From Candidatus Spongiisociaceae bacterium (GTDB taxonomy: Bacteria; Actinomycetota; Acidimicrobiia; Spongiisociales; Spongiisociaceae), in contig CBDCOH010000002.1 of NCBI GenBank assembly GCA_965219685.1, forward strand, positions 1,408,001 to 1,472,000: DNA of 64,000 nucleotides, read 5' to 3'. Numbering within the stretch: position 1 is the stretch's first letter; every line of letters begins with the position of its first letter. The notes under the pieces were generated by a model. That model ran no database searches. It was not told where the DNA came from and worked only from the letters and a program-made list of their open reading frames with translations. This document shows, piece after piece, positions 18,261 through 27,466 of this stretch. Position numbers and translations under genes: made by a program.

Positions 18261-18520
18261 GAGCTAGACGAGCGACTCCAAGAGGTCTGATCGGAAGCGA
18301 CCGCACTGTACTGTCGGAACACAACGAGGTACCACGCTCTGTGGCTCGCATACGCCTGTGGCCGGGCTCGGATGCCTTCGCTTCCACTTCGCGAAAGGCC
18401 CTCCGGCGCGACCGTAGGACCCAAATAGCTTCACAGGGTCCGGAAAACAACCCGATCTAACGCTAGCAACCGATCACCAACTACCGACTATCGACTACCG
18501 ACTAGGAACTAGTCATCTAG
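18261..18520 (+). repeat. Dispersed non-coding element, copy B
   Basis: Collinear with the reverse complement of 59891-60157; ends ctaccgactaggaactagtcatctag. Confidence 0.8.
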
Positions 18521-18530
18521 GATTCGAGCG

Positions 18531-19457
18531 ATGGATGATCGACCAGCATCGCACGCACCTCGTTTCGGGGTCGTCGTGCCGTCCAGCGGGACTCTCTCCC
18601 GACCGGAGTCCATGGTCGCCGTTGCCCGTCGGGCGGACGAGGTCGGGTTCGATTCGATCTGGGCGATCGACCACATCGTCATCCCGGCCTCAGCCGTCTA
18701 CATCTACGGCGAAGAGATCTACGATCAACTGGTGGTGCTCGCCCATCTGGCAGCTGTCACGCAGCGGGTCCGGCTGGGCACATCCGTGATGGTGGTGCCC
18801 TACCGCAACCCCATCGTCACGGCCAAGATGCTCGCCACCATCGATGCGTTGTCGGGCGGGCGGCTGATCCTCGGGGTGGGGTCGGGATGGCTCGAGGAGG
18901 AATTCGACACGCTCGGCGCCGACTACGCATCCCGCGGTGCGGTAACGGATGAGGCGCTGGACAAGTTCGTCAGCTTGTGGACGCGCCGCGACGAAGGCCG
19001 CTCGGCGAGGTTCGGGAAGATCCGGTTCGCGCCGACCCCGGTCCAGGATCCCCATCCCCCCATCCTCATCGGCGGCAACAGTCGCCGCGCCATCCGGCGA
19101 GCGGTGGAGCTGGGACAGGGCTGGCACCCCACGACGGTTCTCAGCGAGGCCGAGCTCGTCACGCTCGCCGACCATTTGCAGACGAGTTGGGAGGCGGCGG
19201 GACGCCGGGGGAAGCCCGAGATCGCGCTGGGGATCCCGGTCTTCGTCACGGAGACGCCGCCGGATCCCGAGGAGACCTGGCTCGGAGCGCGGATGGCGGC
19301 CGGATCGCCGGAGGAAGTCGTGGCCGAGCTCCGGAGGCTCGCCGGGTTCGTGACGCACTTCGTCATCCACGTGGTGGCGCACACCCGCGATGAGTTGTTC
19401 GCCCAGCTCGAGCTGATAGCCCGGGACGTACTTCCAGGCGCTCGGCTACGCTCGTAA
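18531..19457 (+). CDS. LLM-class probable F420-dependent oxidoreductase
   Basis: GFDSIWAIDH, RLGTSVMV, SGGRLILGVGSGWLEEEF, PPILIGG. Confidence 0.9.
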   Translation: MDDRPASHAPRFGVVVPSSGTLSRPESMVAVARRADEVGFDSIWAIDHIVIPASAVYIYGEEIYDQLVVLAHLAAVTQRVRLGTSVMVVPYRNPIVTAKMLATIDALSGGRLILGVGSGWLEEEFDTLGADYASRGAVTDEALDKFVSLWTRRDEGRSARFGKIRFAPTPVQDPHPPILIGGNSRRAIRRAVELGQGWHPTTVLSEAELVTLADHLQTSWEAAGRRGKPEIALGIPVFVTETPPDPEETWLGARMAAGSPEEVVAELRRLAGFVTHFVIHVVAHTRDELFAQLELIARDVLPGARLRS

Positions 19458-19484
19458 ACCGGCGCGGTGAGGAGGACAGGACCC

Positions 19485-20891
19485 ATGGCTCGGGATTTCG
19501 TTCGTGCCTTCAACGAGAACATCGGCGTGAACACAACGGGCCGGCTCCAGGTCGAGGACGTGGACGCCACCGGACTCGCCGAGAGGTTCGGAACGCCGCT
19601 CTACGTCATCTCCGAGAACCAGATCTACGCCAATGTCAATAAGTGGCACCATGCGTTCGCGTCGCGCTATCCCCGGTCCGAGATCCTCTTCGCGACCAAG
19701 GCCAACAACAACCTCACCGTGAGACGCATCTTCACCCTGGCCGGGGCCGGAGGAGACGCGTTCGGTCCGGGTGAGCTGTACCTGACGCTGCTGGCCGGTA
19801 CCGATCCCGAGCGAGTCGTTCTCAACGGATTCAACAAGCGGGATGAGGAGATCCGGATGGCCATCGAGGCCGGCGCCGCCATCCATCTCGATGCCCCCGA
19901 CGAGCTCGATGACGTGATCCGGCTGGCTCGCGACCTCGGGAAGAGAGCCCGCATCGGGATGCGGACGAGGTTGTTGTTGCACGACCTCGACGATATGGAG
20001 GCGGACTGGCCGCCCGGGATCAAGATCGGGCCGGGGGTTCGCGAGATCAACAAGTTCGGGATCGCCCTCGACGATCTCGAGACGGTGTGCCGCCACGCCC
20101 TTCGGGAACCCGACGTCGAGCTCGTCGGGTTCCATCACCACGTCGGTCGCTGGGCGCCCGACCTGAGGGTTCACGATGCGGTCGTGAAGGACCAGATGGA
20201 GGCCGCCGGGGTGCTCAAGGACCGGTTCGGATGGGTACCGGAATACTTCGATTTCGGCGGCGGCTTCGCGTGGGGAAGGCCGGAAGGTCACGGGCCCATG
20301 GGATTCGACCGGGGCTCGCCGACCGCGGAGGAGTTCGCCGAGGTGATGACGGCGCGCTTCCGAGAGGGGCTCGACGCTCACGGCCTCGGCGAGCCCCGGC
20401 TGATGATCGAGCCCGGACGGGGGATCTCGTCCGACATCGGCATCCTCCTGTCCACGGTCGGCATCAGGAAATCGTTCTCCGACGTGGGCCAGACCTGGAT
20501 CGGCCTCGATGCCAGCGAGAACCACCTGCTCAACATCCTGTCGGGCGGCTTCTACTACCACCCGGTCGTGACAGATCGAGTCAACGAAACGCCCACCGAG
20601 ACGGTCAACCTGGGGGATCCGCTGTGCTGGTTCGGCAACCTCGCGCTCAACGTCCAGCTTCCACACCTGGAGCGTGGCGACGTCGTGGCGTTCCTGGACA
20701 CCGGCGCCTACTGCGAGAGCAAGAGCCTGCAGTTCAACTCGATGCCCCGTCCGGCGACCGTACTGGTCTCGGGCTCGACGACCGAGGTCATCACCGAGCC
20801 GGAGGTGCTCCAAGACGTCACACGCCGCTTCCGCCTGCCCGCCCGGCTGATGCCCCAGCCGACCTCGCCCGCCGAGCTGAGCACGACCTGA
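19485..20891 (+). CDS. Group IV PLP decarboxylase (diaminopimelate decarboxylase-like)
   Basis: FGTPLYV, FATKAN (PLP Lys), KFGI, DFGGGF, EPGR, DTGAY, FNSMPRP. Confidence 0.85.
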   Translation: MARDFVRAFNENIGVNTTGRLQVEDVDATGLAERFGTPLYVISENQIYANVNKWHHAFASRYPRSEILFATKANNNLTVRRIFTLAGAGGDAFGPGELYLTLLAGTDPERVVLNGFNKRDEEIRMAIEAGAAIHLDAPDELDDVIRLARDLGKRARIGMRTRLLLHDLDDMEADWPPGIKIGPGVREINKFGIALDDLETVCRHALREPDVELVGFHHHVGRWAPDLRVHDAVVKDQMEAAGVLKDRFGWVPEYFDFGGGFAWGRPEGHGPMGFDRGSPTAEEFAEVMTARFREGLDAHGLGEPRLMIEPGRGISSDIGILLSTVGIRKSFSDVGQTWIGLDASENHLLNILSGGFYYHPVVTDRVNETPTETVNLGDPLCWFGNLALNVQLPHLERGDVVAFLDTGAYCESKSLQFNSMPRPATVLVSGSTTEVITEPEVLQDVTRRFRLPARLMPQPTSPAELSTT

Positions 20892-20924
20892 CAACCGCCG
20901 TTCATGCGATGAAAGAGAGAGCCC

Positions 20925-22472
20925 ATGCCCACCAACGGCCCACGCTCCGAGTTGGTTCTCCACTGGCCCGGTAGTCCGCCGTCCTTCAACCCGTTCTCCA
21001 ACCTGTCGATGCCGAGCTGGTTCCCCATCTGGTTCATCTTCGACCAACTCGTCAACCTCGACGGGGAAGCCCTGGTCGGTCCCCAGCTTGCCGAAAGCTG
21101 GGACGTCTCGGCCGACGGGCGCCGGTACACCTTTCGCCTTCGCCGCGATGTGACCTGGCACGACGGCGCACCCTTCAGCGCGGAGGACGTCGCCTTCACG
21201 TACACGATGCTCGTCGATCCCAGGTCCACGAGCAGGTACCAGTCTCTGGCGCTTCCGATCAAGGGCGCCGAGGCGTACGCCGCGGGAGACGCGGCAACGG
21301 TCGAGGGCATCAAGGTGGTCGACGATTGCACGGTCGTCATGGAGCTCGCCGAACCGCACTTCGGCTTCCTCGCGACGATGGCCTTCCCGATCATCCCGAA
21401 GCACATCCTCGAGGGCGTAGCGAAGGGCGAACGGGTCGAGGACACGGAATGGTCCCTCCGGTCACCGGTCGGAACCGGGCCTTTCCGGATCTCTTCGTAC
21501 GAGCCCGGGGGTGACGCCGTCTTCGTCGCCAACGAGGCGTACTGGGGCGGGGCTCCGAATCTCGAGGGCTTGGTGCTTCGCAGGCTCGACGACGAGGCCG
21601 CTCTGGTGGCGTTCGCCGCCGGGGAAATCGACGTCATGTTCATCGACGCGCTCGATGCCGACCGGGTGAGGGAGCGACCCGGCGCCAGGGTCGAGGCGTT
21701 CCGGACGTGCGAATGGCGGACGATCATCTTCAACTTCAGCCATCCGGCGCTGGGCGACCGGAGGGTGCGCGAAGCGGTCGTCCGCGCCATCGACCGCGAG
21801 ACCATCGTCCGCGACGTCTACCAGGGAATGGGCGAGGTGGTCGGCTCGCCCCTCATCATGCCCGAGTGGGCGGTGAACCACCGCCTGGACTCGCAGTACC
21901 CGTACGACCCGGAGGGTGCCAGGGCGCTTCTCGCAGAGGCCGGGTTCGCCGAGGGCTTCAAGGTCGATCTGGTCACGGGCCCGGGCGCCATCCCGGCCCG
22001 TCACAATGCTCCGTTCCTGGGAGAGGTCCAGCGTTACCTCGCCGGCGTCGGCATCGACCTCGTGCTCAACATCAAGCCGATCGTGGAGTACGTCGACGAC
22101 TACGAGAACTCACGTTTCGACGTGTACACCTGCTGCGGCGCCTCCGGTCCCGATCCGGACTTCACCGCGATCTACTTTCACTCGTCGTCGATGCCGCCGA
22201 AGGGATCCAACGGGGCGCGCTATGTCAGCGCGGAAGCCGACGAGCTGCTGCGGCGCGGCCGGACGACCGCCGACCCCGAGGAGCGGGCCGCCGTATACCA
22301 CCGCTATGCCGAGGTGCTGACCCACGACCTGCCGTGGGTGGCTCTGTGGCACGAGAACCGGGTCCTAGCGCTGAACGAGGGCGTCGGCGGAGACTTCACC
22401 GAACTGGGCATGTCGTGGCTGCCGGGAACGATTCCAGGATCGTGGCAATGGACCAAGAACGGGCCCGGCTGA
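20925..22472 (+). CDS. Family 5 ABC solute-binding-type protein without a signal peptide
   Basis: LAESWDVSADG, WHDGAPFSAEDVAFT, PVGTGPF, VREAVVRAIDRE; in-frame TGA 15 nt upstream of the ATG. Confidence 0.85.
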   Translation: MPTNGPRSELVLHWPGSPPSFNPFSNLSMPSWFPIWFIFDQLVNLDGEALVGPQLAESWDVSADGRRYTFRLRRDVTWHDGAPFSAEDVAFTYTMLVDPRSTSRYQSLALPIKGAEAYAAGDAATVEGIKVVDDCTVVMELAEPHFGFLATMAFPIIPKHILEGVAKGERVEDTEWSLRSPVGTGPFRISSYEPGGDAVFVANEAYWGGAPNLEGLVLRRLDDEAALVAFAAGEIDVMFIDALDADRVRERPGARVEAFRTCEWRTIIFNFSHPALGDRRVREAVVRAIDRETIVRDVYQGMGEVVGSPLIMPEWAVNHRLDSQYPYDPEGARALLAEAGFAEGFKVDLVTGPGAIPARHNAPFLGEVQRYLAGVGIDLVLNIKPIVEYVDDYENSRFDVYTCCGASGPDPDFTAIYFHSSSMPPKGSNGARYVSAEADELLRRGRTTADPEERAAVYHRYAEVLTHDLPWVALWHENRVLALNEGVGGDFTELGMSWLPGTIPGSWQWTKNGPG

Positions 22473-22531
22473 GGAAACATCACCGCCACTTACGCCGCCC
22501 AAACTGAGAGGATTAACTAACTCAAACCACT

Positions 22532-22570
22532 GGAAACAGCAACTAGCAACTAGCAAACTAGCAACTAGTT
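22532..22570 (+). repeat. AACTAGC heptamer tandem repeat between convergent genes
   Basis: aaacagc-aactagc-aactagc-aaactagc-aactagt. Confidence 0.75.
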
Positions 22571-22608
22571 TGGTGAGGGTTGTGGTGCGCTGGTTTCGGT
22601 GAGAGGGC

Positions 22609-25212
22609 TTAGTCGCGCTGGGTGGTGACGAGGGCGGTGGCGAAGTTGGGTACTGGGTTGCCGTCGGTGTCTGTGAGGCCGCCGAAGTAGATGATGGTGG
22701 CTTCAGCACCGGGCGGGATCGGGGTGCCGAGTGTGAGGGTGACGGTGGCGCCGTGGACGGTGAGTTGGCTGGGTGACTGGTTGTGGACTGGATTGCCCTG
22801 GCTGTCTTGTGCGCCGTGGATCAGGAAGCTCTGGCGAAGAGTTGCGGCTGTCGTGTCGTCGACGGCGGCGAGGCTGCGGCTGAAGGTGAGCGTCAGTTCG
22901 TTGCCGCTGACTGCCGCGCTGGTCGGCACCATGGACCTGTCCGTCGGCTCGGGCGGCCCGAGGGTGATCACCTCCGGTTCTTGGGCTTCGGTGACAGCCA
23001 CAGCCAGGTCTGCCGCGGTGGTCTTCTTGCCGACCGTGGCGGTCACAGTCACCTCGTAGACGTTGTCTTTGTCGCTGTCGGCGGGTGTCTCGTAGTCGGG
23101 TGCTGCGGCGAAGCTCAGCTCTCCCTCGGTGCTGATCTCGAACATGTCGGCGTCGGCGCCTGATAGCGAGTACGCGGCGTCGGCGTCCTCGGGAACGCTC
23201 ACGGAACAATGCCCCGCAACCAGGGCGCCCGGCACGTAGGGCTCGCCGGCCGGACGCACGGGCTCGACGAGTGTCCACCGTTGGTTGGCGGCGTCATAGG
23301 GCTGGGCGGGTGTGCAGAGCATCTGGATGCTCGGACCGGACACCGGCACGAAGACCTGCTGCTGTTGCCAGTCGACCTTGTGGGCGGGGTCGTGGCCCAG
23401 CCCCGGCTGCGCCAGGTCGGCGTCGACGCCGTCGGTCACGGCACGGATCGAGCCGCGGTTCAGATAGAGCGTGTTGGCAAGCACCGCGATGCCCCGCGAC
23501 GAGTAATTCGGCTCCACGACCGCGTGGTGGAACACCAGCTCGTCGGTGCCGCTGCCGCCGGCGTAAACCGCGACGTTGCGGCCTCCGGGGGCCGGGTCCA
23601 TGTCGATGACCAGTGTCGGCGTGCCAGTCACCTCCACCGCCTCGCTGAACGTGACCCGCACCGAGATCACCTCTCCGATGGCGTAGGTGTCATCGTATCC
23701 GGCCCAGGAGGCCACTTCCACGCCGGTCACCGACGGGACCACCTTGAGGCGTATCGGAACCTTGTTGTCGACGAGCTGCGACAGGCCCGTGTAACCGCTC
23801 GGCGCGAGGGCCACGTAGAAGACTTTGGCCGTGCGGCCGCTGTTCGCGGCTCTCTCGTCGAGTTCGATGGCGACCGTGCGTGGGGCGCCGGCCGAGGCGG
23901 TCCCGCCCCAGTCGAACTTCTCGTAGCCGTAGGTGCGGTACAACGTGCGCGAACCGCCCGAGAACAGCTCCCCGTAGCCGTGGTTGAAGGCCGTGCGCGC
24001 CGGCCGCTGGCTGCCCAGCGAGACGTCCTTGTGATAGTCGGGATGGGTGTCGGGGATGATCGGATCCTCAGCCACCAGCGCCCGGGCGGCGCCGTCGGCC
24101 GAACTGTGGATGACGGCGACCACCGGCCACTCGGCCGAGCGGGAGGCCCACAGCGTGCAATCCGCATCGGTGCCTCGAGTGACCTCCGCCGGACAGGTGA
24201 GCGTGAAGCCCGGGACCGACACCTCAACCTCGTCGACGTCGTCTCCCAGCGCCGCCCGGACGATCCTCACCGAACGGGTACCGGTGGTGGTCCCGTCCTC
24301 GGCCGTCACCGTAAGGGTCACCGTGGTAGCTCCGACGGCAAGGGGCACCGCCGCGCTCTCCTCGCCGCTGATCACCTCGATGCTGGTGCCGCCCCTGCCG
24401 TCGAGGTCCACGCTGCTACCGCCGAACGACGCGCTCAGCGTCATGGTCGTCCCGCGGGCCGCCTCCGCTGTCAGCGTCGCCTCCGTCACCTCGTAACCGA
24501 CAGTCTGCGACTGCCTGGCATGCGCCGCCGACAGCGCGTAGCTCTGCCCGGCGAACAGCTCCAGGCTGCTGAGCGACGTGTCGCTGCTGGGGCTGTCGTC
24601 GTCGGTGAGGGCGATGCTCGCCTTGTTGTTGTAGAGGAGGCCGACGCCGCTGCTGCCGTCCGGGCCGAGGGCCACATAGAACTTCTCGCTGTCCTCGTCG
24701 AGGCTGTCGTTTGTGGCGACGATGTTGACCGTGCGGCTGTTGCCGGGTGCTCCCACAGTGGTGGTGGTCTGGGTGGGATCGGCACCGGCGCTGCCGGACC
24801 AGTCAAAGCGCGAGTAGCCCACGAGAGTCTCCCCGATCCAGGTGACGCCGCCATCGATGGCGGCGTCGGGACTCGGGGCGCCCAGGGTCACATCGATCGA
24901 AGTGCCCCGCACGAGCGCACGGTCGGAGTCGGTGGACAGGTGCAGGATCGCCACCACCGGCCACGGCTTCGGCTCCGCGGCGGTGTTCTTCAGCGTGCAG
25001 GCCAGCGAGGCGCCCTCGGCGACGGTGTTGGTGGCGCACATCAACTCGAAGTCGCCCTGTTCTACCGTGATCGACGAGTCGGAACTTGCCACGCCGCCGA
25101 GGAGCAGGAACCCGATGCCAGCGACCAGCACAGCGACCGCCGCCCACCGCCCGGCTTGCACTCGACCAACACGAAGTCTCGGATGATGCATGATCCGCAT
25201 GTTCCCGAGCAT
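22609..25212 (-). CDS. Secreted multidomain beta-sandwich surface protein (internal duplication; cadherin-like and SwmB-like segments)
   Basis: Signal peptide; duplicated module C...CTL...WPVVA...RALV...GY.[RK]FDW...FYVAL; VTAEDGTT; PDYETPADSDKDNVYEVTV; C-terminal LTDTDGNPVPNF. Confidence 0.7.
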   Translation of the reverse strand: MLGNMRIMHHPRLRVGRVQAGRWAAVAVLVAGIGFLLLGGVASSDSSITVEQGDFELMCATNTVAEGASLACTLKNTAAEPKPWPVVAILHLSTDSDRALVRGTSIDVTLGAPSPDAAIDGGVTWIGETLVGYSRFDWSGSAGADPTQTTTTVGAPGNSRTVNIVATNDSLDEDSEKFYVALGPDGSSGVGLLYNNKASIALTDDDSPSSDTSLSSLELFAGQSYALSAAHARQSQTVGYEVTEATLTAEAARGTTMTLSASFGGSSVDLDGRGGTSIEVISGEESAAVPLAVGATTVTLTVTAEDGTTTGTRSVRIVRAALGDDVDEVEVSVPGFTLTCPAEVTRGTDADCTLWASRSAEWPVVAVIHSSADGAARALVAEDPIIPDTHPDYHKDVSLGSQRPARTAFNHGYGELFSGGSRTLYRTYGYEKFDWGGTASAGAPRTVAIELDERAANSGRTAKVFYVALAPSGYTGLSQLVDNKVPIRLKVVPSVTGVEVASWAGYDDTYAIGEVISVRVTFSEAVEVTGTPTLVIDMDPAPGGRNVAVYAGGSGTDELVFHHAVVEPNYSSRGIAVLANTLYLNRGSIRAVTDGVDADLAQPGLGHDPAHKVDWQQQQVFVPVSGPSIQMLCTPAQPYDAANQRWTLVEPVRPAGEPYVPGALVAGHCSVSVPEDADAAYSLSGADADMFEISTEGELSFAAAPDYETPADSDKDNVYEVTVTATVGKKTTAADLAVAVTEAQEPEVITLGPPEPTDRSMVPTSAAVSGNELTLTFSRSLAAVDDTTAATLRQSFLIHGAQDSQGNPVHNQSPSQLTVHGATVTLTLGTPIPPGAEATIIYFGGLTDTDGNPVPNFATALVTTQRD

Positions 25213-25300
25213 ACTATCTACACATCATGCCGACTTCCCAGAGGACTCACGTGTCAATATCTGGGATACTGAGCTTGTCCCCTGTTCATCCCGTGTAGAA

Positions 25301-25316
25301 TCGACACAGATGTCGA
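25301..25316. promoter_or_regulatory. Palindrome TCGACA-N4-TGTCGA, candidate operator in an AT-richer divergent intergenic region
   Basis: tcgacacagatgtcga, near TAGAAT hexamers. Confidence 0.35.
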
Positions 25317-25442
25317 GATATAGAATAGCGACATTTACACTCTCCAAGCCAGCTCCGCAGGGTCCAGCGACAGCCGATGTCGGGCAACAGCCCGGCCAGC
25401 CGGCACCGCACGCTGACCGGTGTAGCGAAGGACGCGTGCTGC

Positions 25443-25658
25443 GAGTACCTCGATCCCGACTCGCTGCTCAAGCAGGTAGCGGTCTCCCACGTCCCCCGGC
25501 CACTCAACTTCGGCGGCTGGGGCTACCTACACAGCAACTGGCACACCAACGTCCGCACCCGGATGAAGATCGACCGCATCCGCGTATGGCCGCCCGAGAA
25601 CCACTACTCCGACATGGAGCCCGTGTACCAGTGGGAAGTGGGACGCCGACGAGCGTCA
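25443..25658 (+). pseudogene. 3' relic of a third GH16-like paralog
   Basis: EYLDPD...QVAVSHVPRPLNFGGWG...RTRMKIDRIRVWPPENHYSDMEPVYQ, then TGG where the paralog has TAG; the downstream flank matches 29195-29220. Confidence 0.85.
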
Positions 25659-25707
25659 TATGCCTCCAATTACGGCAACAACGCATCATGTGGACATCAC
25701 ATTGACT

Positions 25708-27387
25708 ATGAGTCACCGTGTCGAATCGGGTAATCCCCCAGGTGCGAGACGCGTGGCGTTGCTGGCTGCGGTGACGGCGGTGGCTGCTCTGTTATCGGTC
25801 ACCCCCGGCGCGGCGGACACCGGCGCGGCGGACACCGCCCAGCCGGCGGTAGTCTTCGCCGACACCGAGTACTTCGTCCCCTTTTTGGGCAGAATGTTCA
25901 ACGAGACCACCACTCCCGGAGGCAACCCCGGCCTGCCCGGAACCGTCGCCTTGTCGGTCTCCACCAACAAGTTCAACTACTTCGGCGAGCTGGAGATGCA
26001 GAAGCGGTCCGGCACCGATCTGGACCTGTCATTCAAAGTCGAGGGCCAGCCCGACGCATCCAATTACCGGTACTGCAGACAGGACCGCTCCACCTGCCAC
26101 AACACAGAGGTGAGAGTTCTCCCCGACAAGGGTCTCCTGTACCTCTGGAACTCTGGGAACACGGACCCGCTTCACTGGCTGGCCACGTTCGAGCCCGAGC
26201 GGCTGGAGGTGTCGGCGGCGGACACCGGCACCGGACTGAAGGTATACCGGGAGGTGCTGGTGAACCCGCCGCCGGAGGTGCAGGGCTGCGAGGACTACGA
26301 CGACTACACCATCGAGGCCTATGTCTGCCTGTACCTGCGGGAGATCATTCCCGAGGAGGCTCGAGGCGGCAACGAGGCGACTCTGCGAGCGGGCCTGCCC
26401 GGGTTGGTCCAAGACAGCTCGAACTACCAACTGGTGTTCGCCGAGGAGTTCGACGGCTCCCCTCCTGCGGCAAACTTCGTGGGATGCAGAGACGGCCTAT
26501 CCACGCTGGACGACTCAGTGTGGAACTACGGCAATGCGTGTGCTTGGGTGGACTCCCGAGGCGAATCGTGCGGCAACATCGCCGACGGCAGCCTGAAGGT
26601 GGCGGCGGCCTACAAGTGCTATGCAGGCCTGAATACCTTCGGGAAGGTCCAATACAAGTACGGATACCTGGAGTTCAAATACACAGTCAACATGGATTAT
26701 TGGAGCAATTGGCCGAACTACAACCTAATAGCGTGGAACCCTCACAATTGGCGGAAGCATCTGTGGAACCAGTACGGCGTGCCGATGAACGACTGGGAGG
26801 ACTACCTCAAGTACGGCGATGTCGAACTCGATTGGCTTGAGTACGTCCCCGGCTCCAGACACCAGAGTTCGATTGTTCACGCGAATTGGGCCCACAGCAG
26901 TGCCGGCAACCTGCCATCGTACAAGATTGGTACGAATTTCAATTTCTGCCGACGCACGAGTAATCCGTACCACAGGTTCTACGTGAATCCCGCCGGAGGC
27001 TGCAGGCGAGCAGACACTTTCACAGTCACCATGGGAGTGGAGTGGACCCCGCGCGGCTATCGCACCTATACCACATTGGATGGCATCCATGACGAACAAA
27101 CGTTGGTGACCGAGCAATACTTGGAGATCATGGATTTCAAGGAAGGGCGAACAGCCCAGATTCCAGAAGGCGATCGGGCTCGCTACTTCGAATACCTCGA
27201 CCCCGATGACCCCAGCACGATCCTGGGGCAGGTCGGCGTTGCCCACACGCCGAGTCCCTTGAGCATCGGCACATGGGGATGGATGCGCGTAGGCCAGTCC
27301 TATATCCGCAGTTGGATGAAGATCGACTACATCCGACTGTGGCAGCCCGAGAACCACTACTCCGACATGGAGCCCGTCTACCAATGA
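25708..27387 (+). CDS. Secreted protein: unknown N-terminal domain plus GH16-like domain, paralog 1
   Basis: Signal peptide; LVFAEEFDG, YKYGYLE, ELDWLE (ExDxxE), MKIDYIRLWQ. Confidence 0.72.
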   Translation: MSHRVESGNPPGARRVALLAAVTAVAALLSVTPGAADTGAADTAQPAVVFADTEYFVPFLGRMFNETTTPGGNPGLPGTVALSVSTNKFNYFGELEMQKRSGTDLDLSFKVEGQPDASNYRYCRQDRSTCHNTEVRVLPDKGLLYLWNSGNTDPLHWLATFEPERLEVSAADTGTGLKVYREVLVNPPPEVQGCEDYDDYTIEAYVCLYLREIIPEEARGGNEATLRAGLPGLVQDSSNYQLVFAEEFDGSPPAANFVGCRDGLSTLDDSVWNYGNACAWVDSRGESCGNIADGSLKVAAAYKCYAGLNTFGKVQYKYGYLEFKYTVNMDYWSNWPNYNLIAWNPHNWRKHLWNQYGVPMNDWEDYLKYGDVELDWLEYVPGSRHQSSIVHANWAHSSAGNLPSYKIGTNFNFCRRTSNPYHRFYVNPAGGCRRADTFTVTMGVEWTPRGYRTYTTLDGIHDEQTLVTEQYLEIMDFKEGRTAQIPEGDRARYFEYLDPDDPSTILGQVGVAHTPSPLSIGTWGWMRVGQSYIRSWMKIDYIRLWQPENHYSDMEPVYQ

Positions 27388-27466
27388 CCCTCCCCCCGGC
27401 GGTCAGAGAGCCACGGTCCGCAGTCGCGTCGGAACCCAATCGGCCTTGGACGCTCCGGGGTGGCAC

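Noticed and set aside
18440-18520. CRISPR array
   Set aside because: Only 7-nt degenerate units, no constant 25-45 nt repeats with spacers, and no cas genes.
23209-25272. Long antisense/shadow ORFs (687 aa here; also 19446-21404, 1938-3284, 9616-10899, 56012-57322 and others)
   Set aside because: They lie opposite well-supported genes, carry no motifs and are expected in high-GC DNA.
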